DNA of 64,000 nt, from positions 1 to 64,000 of the IMG/VR virus record IMGVR_UViG_3300032007_000037; one strand, given 5' to 3'. Shown here piece by piece: positions 31,548 to 39,777 of this stretch. The notes below the pieces were generated by a model. It was not told the DNA's origin. It saw only the letters and a list, made by a program, of their open reading frames with translations, and made no database searches. Numbering within the stretch: the first letter of the stretch is position 1; each line of letters opens with the position of its first letter. Both the position numbers and the translations under genes were made by a program. The stretch is from a virus (taxonomy: Duplodnaviria > Caudoviricetes).

Positions 31548-32137
31548 GCCTACTTAGCTCAGCTGGTAGAGCAACAGTTTTCTATGAAAATTAAATGCTA
31601 TGGCGAGAAATCTCATAGTAGAATCTCCCTAATTCGGTGGAAGTCCTTTGTATAATATTCAGATGGGGGAAGCCCATACAGCTAATCAATAATGCTGAAG
31701 AACAATACCGAGCTAAATTGGGAAAGAAAGTAGTGGGAGCTTAAGCAACTATGGATTTTCATTATGAACTGTTAAGTTCGTAAATAATGATTATCACGCT
31801 TTTTCATAAATGCTGATTATATAGGAGATACCTAAGTTGAAATTTGTTACAAAGCAGAGATATACTGTTATATATGAGATACTATCCTCGTTAGAGAATG
31901 TTCCCTCAAAAGGTAAAATACCTGTAACATCTTGCAAGAATTTCAATATGGTAAAAATAGTCCAGACTATAAATGAATAATAGAGTGAGCTGTCACGGCT
32001 GCTATCCTGATATAAAGATAGTAACAAATGTGTAGAGACTGATTAGTTTCAGACTACTCCGGTGAATATTATTCATGCTATGGTAATACAAAGTAGTAGA
32101 AAACTGTAGGTCACAGGTTCGAGACCTGTAGTAGGTA
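31548..32137 (+). tRNA. tRNA (Thr-like body) interrupted in the anticodon loop by a ~517-nt group I intron-like insert
   Basis: 5' half gcctacttagctcagctggtagagcaacagt (31548-31578); 3' half actgtaggtcacaggttcgagacctgtagtaggta (32103-32137). Confidence 0.8.
31583..32099 (+). mobile_element. Group I intron-like RNA, no homing ORF
   Basis: P aattcggtggaa (31631), Q aataccgagc (31704), P3 atctcc/ggagat, P7 gattat (31815)/atagtc (31957), R-like gtgtagagact (32030). Confidence 0.7.
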
Positions 32138-32160
32138 CGGATGGAGAAATGAAGGAAAGA

Positions 32161-32282
32161 GATACATTAGCACAACTGGATAGTGACCCAGACCTTAAAT
32201 CACTGTTCTTAACAGGGTCTTGCATGTTGTCGACAGTAGCAAGAGGTGCTGGGAGTTACAGGTTCGAATCCTGCATGTATCT
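32161..32282 (+). ncRNA. tRNA-like RNA with a branched ~57-nt domain replacing the anticodon loop
   Basis: Acceptor gatacat/atgtatc; D loop aactggata; cccag/ctggg stem; GGTTCGAATCC. Confidence 0.7.
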
Positions 32283-32287
32283 CTGAT

Positions 32288-32368
32288 GGAGAAATGGTGG
32301 AAAGGTAGACACGTCAGATCTAAGCTCTGATACCGTAAGGTGTGTGGGTTCGAATCCCACTTTCCCCA
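32288..32368 (+). tRNA. tRNA-Leu(TAA) with atypical C33
   Basis: tcaga-TCTAAGC-tctga; long variable arm; GGTTCGAATCC. Confidence 0.75.
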
Positions 32369-32465
32369 CAAAGGAGGTATTGCATAGGAGATAAGACCAT
32401 CAAAAGCAAGTCCGCAGAGAGGGCATCCATCCGAGCCAGGTATTATGCTTACCTCCTTTTTTAAA

Positions 32466-32544
32466 ATCTGTATGGTGGAATGGAAGACACGTTAGTTTAA
32501 GAAACTAATGCTTATGCGTGCAGGTTCAAGTCCTGCTACAGACA
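32466..32544 (+). tRNA. tRNA-Leu(AAG)
   Basis: ttagt-TTAAGAA-actaa; Leu-type D arm and variable arm; GGTTCAAGTCC. Confidence 0.75.
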
Positions 32545-32654
32545 CTATTGTAGGTTATTTATGATTAGGTGATTATAATACTTTATTCATGGGACTACTA
32601 GTCAGTGATGATAGGTAGTCCTCTTTTTATTATTAACATTTAATTTTTACTGTC

Positions 32655-34530
32655 ATGGAATTCAAAGTAGGAGATAAAGTAAGACTTAAACAAGATTTAA
32701 TAGCAGGTCAAACATATGATGGCCTCACTTTACTGGCTCCAATGTACTTTTCAGATGTAAGAACAATATCTGCAATCTCAACAAATGGAAATTATTGGCT
32801 TACAGAAGACCCCAGGGGTTTTTGTTATGCAGCAAAAATGCTTGAATACGCTCCTACTTACGAGTGTGGGGATATAGTTAAATTGTCAAGGCCTGAAGAA
32901 TTACCATGTGATTACAGATATGGAATCAGTCCTATAAGAATAGATAATGGCGAAACTCTATTTGTAATTAAGGAAGTAAGAAAAAATGGACTTACAGCAG
33001 CCAGATCTGGAGAAGATGGATATGATTATAGATTATGCCGTATAAATGATACTGGAACAGTACTTGATATAGAGTTAAGAAGGATGTATTGGCTTTCATC
33101 AGGACTTAAATTATTTTCAAAACGCTTGCAATATGACTTCAGTATAGAACCTTGTCCTTCTCCTCTTACAAAGACTGATTTAGAAGCACCTTCTGAAAAG
33201 ACAAAAGGGGATTTAGGTTCTCGTGGGAATAAACTTGAATTATCTGTGCATAAGAAAGAGAGAAAACCCATCTTTAATTTTAAGAACTAATGGCTAGATA
33301 TAGAATAGGAGATAAGGTCTTAATTAAAAAAGACTTGGTCAATAGAAGATATTACGGAAATATCGTGTATTTAAACGCAATGTATATTAAAGGGCCTGTT
33401 ACCATAAGAGAAGTCCACTCTTCTAAGTACTATTTTATATATGAAAAAAAGTCATATCTGTATTCAGAAGATATGTTTGAACCTTATACTGCCCTTAATA
33501 TATTTCCTTTGCCCGAACAAATCAATAAAAGTATTCTAACTAAGATAAAAGAATATCTTTTCAGTTCCAAATCCAAGAAAACAATTCCTCTTATTCTTAA
33601 TGTAAATAAGCATAAACGTAAAATATTATTTAACTTTAGTGAATATGGGTAAATATAAAATTGGGGATAAAGTACTTATTAGAAAAGGTTTAAAACCTGA
33701 TGAACATTATGGAGAAGATTATGTTCTATATATTAATAAAATGTACATAGAAGGTCCCGTTACTATAAAATCTTTATCCTGTTTTAACAATAGTTATTAC
33801 ATTCTAGAATGTCCTGAACATTGGCTTTATGCAGAAGAAATGCTCATGCCGTTTGAATCAGAGAGTCCTGTAGTAGAACTTAATAGAACCGATCTTTCTG
33901 TAAAAGCCGCTTCGCGTCTTGATAATGTTCTCACTGATGTGCTGGGAATAGATGATAGGGCCAGTGTCAGTCAAGTAAGCCATGTTCCTTATAAAAGTAT
34001 TGACAGAGAAGCTGAAAAGACAGAAGAAGAAGAGACATCCTATTTAGATTATTTGGAAAAGAATGCTCCCACTTTACAACTACATATAAAAAGTAAGCAG
34101 AAAGTGCAACTTAACTTTAAATAATATGGAATCGCAATTTAAAAAGGGGGATATTGTAACAATTCTTCCTATAGAAAACATTCCTCAAGAATATGTGGAA
34201 ATTTGCAAAACTCCAGCCAGAGAGAAGTATGCAAAACGTTTAGCAATTATAGATGATGTGCAATGGAATTGTTCTCCTGACAAGTTTATAGATGGCTATG
34301 GCTATCGTCTAATTGTTTTGATGGATAATCAAACTATAGAACTATGGCGCAGTGTACTATCTGTAGGATTAGTTAAATATGCTAATGCTTCTGATATCTC
34401 TATAGACTATAAGGCATACCCATTACAAGGCATTTCAGCATTAAATAGTATTAAACAAATAAACAATAAAGAAAAGCTTGTATTACAAGTAAATAAAAAC
34501 AAATCAAAACTTAAGTTTAATTTTAATTAA
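32655..34530 (+). CDS. Four tandem paralogues (32655-33290, 33290-33652, 33639-34124, 34126-34530) with KOW/SH3-like N-termini
   Basis: Shared (F/Y)K.GD.V N-terminus and basic ...(F/L)NF C-terminus. Confidence 0.7.
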
Positions 34531-34538
34531 AAAACAGT

Positions 34539-34841
34539 ATGAAAAGAATTGTAGCAGCTTTCCAGAACAAGCTGGAAGCAATGAAGGCAGAGAGAAATGT
34601 TAAGCGTGTCTATCGTGCAATGGAGACAGCATCTGACAATGCAAAGGATAAGATTGAGGAGTTGGAAGGTCAGATGGCTGACTTAGTAGAGACTCTGCCC
34701 ACCTGTACAGATTTCAATGGCTTTATTCAGAAGTTGTCAGACCTGATTGAGGAGAAGGAGACCCAGCAGGTTGTTGTTGACCGTCTTGCTGCCATTGAGA
34801 AGTACCTCTCTGAGGATGTAAAGGTACAGGAGACCAAATAA
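34539..34841 (+). CDS. Coiled-coil hypothetical protein
   Basis: 100 aa with high-expression codon usage. Confidence 0.7.
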   Translation: MKRIVAAFQNKLEAMKAERNVKRVYRAMETASDNAKDKIEELEGQMADLVETLPTCTDFNGFIQKLSDLIEEKETQQVVVDRLAAIEKYLSEDVKVQETK

Positions 34842-35306
34842 GCCCAAAATGGGATAATTAGTTTTTTCATAGTTTTTAAATTTCCCCCTATCCGTCTGTG
34901 AAGATAGATAGGGTTTTTATAAGTATTCAATTTACACATTTTTTCATATAAAGGCAGCACTTTTACATAGCGATGTAAGAATCTTTGAACTTTTTCTTTT
35001 AAAGTTATTCGTATTTTTAATTCTTTACAATTCTATTAAGTGCCGCCCCATATAAAGAGTAACTATTTATGTACAATAGGTTTATATAAACACCTCCTTT
35101 CCAAAATTTCACTATTAGTACATGAATGTTACTCTGCCTAAAGAGAGTGAGGCTTGATACCGAGGATGCAGCTGAGGCAAGCATTATAAAGTAGAGATAT
35201 AACCGCTCGAAGCCACTCTGTTTTTCTTTAAATCAGGTGATGAAGTTATCATTTAAATAAGCTGAGAGAGGTTACTTAATAGTTTACTCAAAGCAGCCTG
35301 ATATTT

Positions 35307-35379
35307 GCTCCCTTAGCTCAGCGAATAGAGCATCTCACTTCTAATGAGAGGGTCATTGGTTTGAATCCAATAGGGAGTA
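35307..35379 (+). tRNA. tRNA-Arg(TCT)
   Basis: Acceptor gctccct/agggagt; tctca-CTTCTAA-tgaga; T loop TTTGAAT (variant). Confidence 0.85.
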
Positions 35380-35490
35380 CAAAAGAGACTGATTCTAAAG
35401 GTTTCTGAAAGGAGATAGTCACAATAACTAGGCCAGAGTGGGTAAACCAGATTGGACTGTATGAGTGACTATCTTCTTTCTTTTTATTGA

Positions 35491-35629
35491 GGAATTGATT
35501 GGTGGAACACTGAATCAAGAGAAGTACAGTGGAACAATGGCTCAGCAATCCTGTCTCTCTAAAAGTTCTCTTGAGCTGAAGGGACTGTATAGGTCTTATA
35601 GGAGAGTTCGATTCTCTCCACTTCCACCA
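35491..35629 (+). ncRNA. tRNA-like RNA with encoded ACCA end and no anticodon loop
   Basis: ggaattg/cacttcc-ACCA; T arm gagag-ttcgatt-ctctc; tacagt/actgta stem enclosing ~53 nt. Confidence 0.55.
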
Positions 35630-35661
35630 AATAGTTATTAACTTAAATTAATCATAGTATT

Positions 35662-36450
35662 ATGCAGAAATTAAACGTATTATTAGCATTAAGAGAGAAG
35701 CTAGCTAACCGTTATGCTAACATGGTTGGTGATTACACTGCTTTCTTCAAGAACAAACAAGGTGCTTTTCGTGGTGTTTTAAGAACCCATAGCCCTCTTG
35801 AGGGATATGCTGTAGACCCAACTAAGGTATCAAATGAGAGGGTCGTTACCACTGTCAATGAAAAGATGGATTGGTGGCTTAAAGAAGCTCTTGAGTATAT
35901 CAATACAGCACTTTCCATTGAAGCCAGTAATGGTGAAGGTGCAACTACCGTACCACTGGTATTTGAAGGAAAGACTTATGGCCCTTATCCTGCTACTGTA
36001 CTTCTTCGTCTTAGAGGTATTATAGAAAGTGATAAGTTGGCTCAAATGTTGGCTCAGATTCCTGTAAGAGAGGAAACTATCATATGGAAGCCTTCTACAG
36101 ATGAGGATTATCAGAAGAGGGGTAATATCTTTGAAAATGAGCGTCAGGAAGGTGAAACCAAGACTACTGAAACTCATGAAGAGATTCTCAAAGACCCAAA
36201 TCTTGATCCTAAGGCTCTTCCTTCCAACTATAGAGCACAAGTAACTCAAATTAAGAAGACTGTTAAGACTGGTGATTATACTGTTCAGTTCTTTACAGGT
36301 GAATGGACTCATCAGCAGCGAGCAAATCTTCTTAAGCGTAGAAGTGAATTACTTGATGCCATTAATGTTGCTCTACAGACTGTTAATGACAGAGATGCAG
36401 TTGAATGTAATGTTACAGAGCTTTTCAAGCATCTGATTTATGGTAAATAG
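35662..36450 (+). CDS. Conserved hypothetical protein (262 aa) adjacent to a structured ncRNA
   Basis: Long ORF with high-expression codon usage, embedded among RNA genes. Confidence 0.85.
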   Translation: MQKLNVLLALREKLANRYANMVGDYTAFFKNKQGAFRGVLRTHSPLEGYAVDPTKVSNERVVTTVNEKMDWWLKEALEYINTALSIEASNGEGATTVPLVFEGKTYGPYPATVLLRLRGIIESDKLAQMLAQIPVREETIIWKPSTDEDYQKRGNIFENERQEGETKTTETHEEILKDPNLDPKALPSNYRAQVTQIKKTVKTGDYTVQFFTGEWTHQQRANLLKRRSELLDAINVALQTVNDRDAVECNVTELFKHLIYGK

Positions 36451-36469
36451 AAATTTAAATTAAAATAAT

Positions 36470-36745
36470 TGACCTTAGCTTTAGCCTTATATTAAGCTTT
36501 ATCAAATCCTAGATAGAAAGCATTAATGTTGTGGTCAAAAGCATTATTCAGGTTGATTACAGTATATTACCTATCTGAAGACTACACAGTATCTTGCGAT
36601 ATAGGTTCGATTCCTGTCAGCCCCTCTAATATAACATAAATATGGGGCTGTGGTGTAATGGTTAGCATGTGAGGTTTTTCTAGCTTTAAGTTAAGTGGAT
36701 AGAATGTAATATACAAATGCTTTGGAGGTCAGTATGATGGATTTG
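36470..36745 (+). ncRNA. Large structured RNA containing a circularly permuted tRNA-like domain
   Basis: T arm plus 3' acceptor cagcccc (36601-36624) precedes 5' acceptor ggggctg plus D arm (36644-36668); nested flanking stems. Confidence 0.75.
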
Positions 36746-36759
36746 TTCGCTGATCTCTA

Positions 36760-36832
36760 AGCGGGGTAGCTCAATTGGTAGAGCAATAGTCGTGAAAACT
36801 GTGTGTTGTAGGTTCGATCCCTACCCCCGCTA
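36760..36832 (+). tRNA. tRNA with Phe-like body and aberrant anticodon loop CGTGAAA
   Basis: Acceptor agcgggg/ccccgct; atagt-CGTGAAA-actgt; variable gtgtt; GGTTCGATCCC. Confidence 0.65.
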
Positions 36833-36839
36833 CTATTAA

Positions 36840-36941
36840 GGCAGAATGTGCGAATGGTATAGCAGTATTACTTTCACTCGATAGTAATATGGGATAAGAT
36901 TCTAGGAATTATCTATGGAGGTTCGAGTCCTTCTTCTGCCA
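36840..36941 (+). ncRNA. Class II (Leu-like) tRNA body with enlarged anticodon arm
   Basis: Acceptor ggcagaa/ttctgcc; tattact-[ttcactcgat]-agtaata; long variable arm. Confidence 0.65.
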
Positions 36942-37074
36942 CAAAGTATGCTTGTCATACTGTTTAAAGGGTTTAGTTGCCGAATGCAGAGAATAAAGAC
37001 CTTACCGCTGAAAGTAGCGTAACTGGTTATAAATATTCTCTGCATTCTTTTTTTTCACTTTAACGGCATCAAAA

Positions 37075-39369
37075 ATGATACAATATTCAGAATTAGTACA
37101 ATATATAAAAGACAATCATATCAATTGGAATACAGATTTATTTGATGTTCTAAAGGGTTTCTTTGAGAACAGAAATCAGATAACCCTCCCAAGTATACAT
37201 AACAATGTTCAAGCAAAACTAAATATAAAACCTCAGGATTTCTTTAAACAAGAGCCTTTTAAAGAACCAGATGACGGAGAATATAAAGACCAGGACTTAT
37301 ATAATTTATTTAACACATAAACCTTTTAAATTTAAACAGTATGTCAAAAGCAGAAGAACAAGCTATCAATGACATTAAGTCAGAGATTGAAGACAAAAAC
37401 AGTAAATGCTTTATCACTAAAAGCTTCATTAAGTTTAGACAATTCTTAAATCCAATAATGGATTGTCTGGTAGAGCAACAACTTGATGAACAGGAAAAAC
37501 TAAAACAGCAAAAATATGGAAGGAATCAGTAAATCTAGAAGACAGATTGTAGCTTCATGTTTTATATCCAAGTCTGGAAAACTTGAAGTAGTACGTTTTG
37601 ACAAATATGTACGCTATGAAGGTAACTACGGAAACACTCCTAGGAACACTTATTAAAGGTATTCTAGGCTTATGTATAGCTATGGCTATTGCTTATTGTA
37701 TAGTTGCCATCTCTGCTGGAGATGGTATGTATGGACTTATAGAATTGATGTGGAATGTGTGAATTTAAAGAAGGTGATATTCTCGTTCCTATTGATAAGA
37801 CAAGAGGTTTTGACGAGATTAAGATTCTAAAAAGAGTAAATGACAAGTTCCACTGTAGAATCTTAAATGGAATAACCATAATATCAGTGCATATAGTGGA
37901 AATGATGTATAAGAGGAAGGGTGAATAGCACCTTTCCTCTTTTTTTCTAATTTAAATATAACTAAAATGAAAGAGCCATACACATGGTTAATAGCTATAC
38001 TATTAGCAGTGTTTATAATCTCAGTATTAACCTTTAAATCGGATGACTAATGACAACTATAGCTTTAATTATAATTATATTATTATTCTATATTGTAGGT
38101 GTTGTTTTAGCCTTAGCTGCTATAACAAATGCTAATCTGGAAGAATGTGATGAGCCTCCTATACCTAGAGATTTAGCATTGTTATCTTGGATATTCTTTG
38201 CAGTTATTCTTTTTGGAGCATTTACATGTTTCTTAGGAGAATATTTCGGAAGATATATAGATGACTTTTATTATTATCTACAAGATAAATTTAGGGAAAA
38301 CTCATAAAAACTTATAAGATATGATACTAATATATATTATTTGTTTAGTCTTATATATCGTAGCCTGTTATTGCCTTATACAAGGTAATTACTATGAAAA
38401 TAAACGTAAATGGAGCGGTTATGATAAAGCTGCTTATATGGCCAAACAACAATCAGAGTTTCTATATGGAGTAGGTATGAGTATACTGGTGGGATTAGTA
38501 ATATTTGGAGTATGGGCAATATCAATGATTGAATGATATGGATAAGATTACAAAGAAACTTTCTGATATTATATGGGAAGCAATAGGTATTCCCAAGACA
38601 AGAGAAGAAGTAGACACTTATGCTCAAAATGCAATTAAAGGCCTACTCAATGTAATAAATAAAGATACTCCTAAATGGAGACTTTGTACAGAAGATACTA
38701 TTATATTCAACTATGGTATTGTTCCAGTACAAAGGGGTAATAAGCTTTTGTGGACACACGAAGTTAAAAAAGGAGATCTCTACTTAACTCGCAAAGATTT
38801 ACTTAAACTAGGAAAAGAAGATGGATAATCAAATAGAGAAGTTTGACCCTTCTAAACTGATGGAAGGAGTTAAAGACCGAATAAAGGCAACATTTGTCAG
38901 TCTTATTCCAGATGATGCCTGGGAACAGATGTTGGAAAAAGAACTCTATGTCTTTACTACAGGTAGAATTGTCTCCCATCATGACATAGATTATGAGCAT
39001 AAGGACGAAAATGGGCATTACCTTTATACAGACTGGGAAGAAAGGATTCCTTATTCTGATACTCCGACTTATGATAACTGGGGTCATGTTAAGGAACCTG
39101 CTACAATTTCTCCTCTAAGAAGAATGATAAGAGATATTCTTTATGAAAGATTTCAACAAGACCTTAAAGAATTTCTCAACGAGGGTGATTATAAGCAAAC
39201 TTTTGACGAGCATGGTAAACCTGAAATATCCAAAGCTATTCAGGACATTCTTGTAAATAATGCAGATACCATGTTCCAAAGTTTCTTAGGTTCTGTTTTA
39301 CAGCAAGCATTTTGGAACTTTAAAGGCCAAATACAAGCATCTATTCAAACAGGTAATTTTCAATATTAA
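37075..39369 (+). CDS. Run of small hypothetical genes (37075, 37341, 38050 TM, 38321 TM, 38529, 38821)
   Basis: Co-oriented ORFs. Confidence 0.55.
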
Positions 39370-39574
39370 TATGAGTTGGTATGATGATTGGAAGGATGAT
39401 CAAGAAGCATTACATGATAATACTGAACTTGACCATCTTGCAAGTAACTTGATTGAAGTTGTTTATAAGAAAAAAGATAAACCTTCAAAAATAAGACGTA
39501 AGATATTCAAAAGGAAAGACAACTGTTAATTACAATATTACAGAAAAAAAACAAAGGATAACAAATAATATGGG

Positions 39575-39723
39575 ACCCCTTTAGCTTAACTGGATAAAGC
39601 AATGTTATGTGTTGGTAGGAATTGGGAATTAATTTTTTGGTTCGTGTATTTTGGGTTTGAGCACTACTGACTTTACAAGCGTGTAAAATAACAAGACATT
39701 CAGGTTCGAATCCTGAAAGGGGA
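39575..39723 (+). ncRNA. tRNA-like RNA (Arg-type D loop) with an ~80-nt branched domain in place of the anticodon loop
   Basis: cccctt/aagggg acceptor; gctt-aactggata-aagc; tgttat/ataaca; tcagg-ttcgaat-cctga. Confidence 0.7.
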
Positions 39724-39777
39724 ACTGAGGTAAGGAATAAAATAAAGGAAATAAATAAAATTAAAAGAAAAATAATT

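Noticed and set aside
32371-32458. RNase P or SRP RNA
   Set aside because: Only a partial AAGTCC resemblance; lacks the other conserved regions and is too short
36591-36700. Standard two-piece tmRNA
   Set aside because: No G3-U70 pair, a real D stem is present and no evident tag reading frame; kept as a distinct finding
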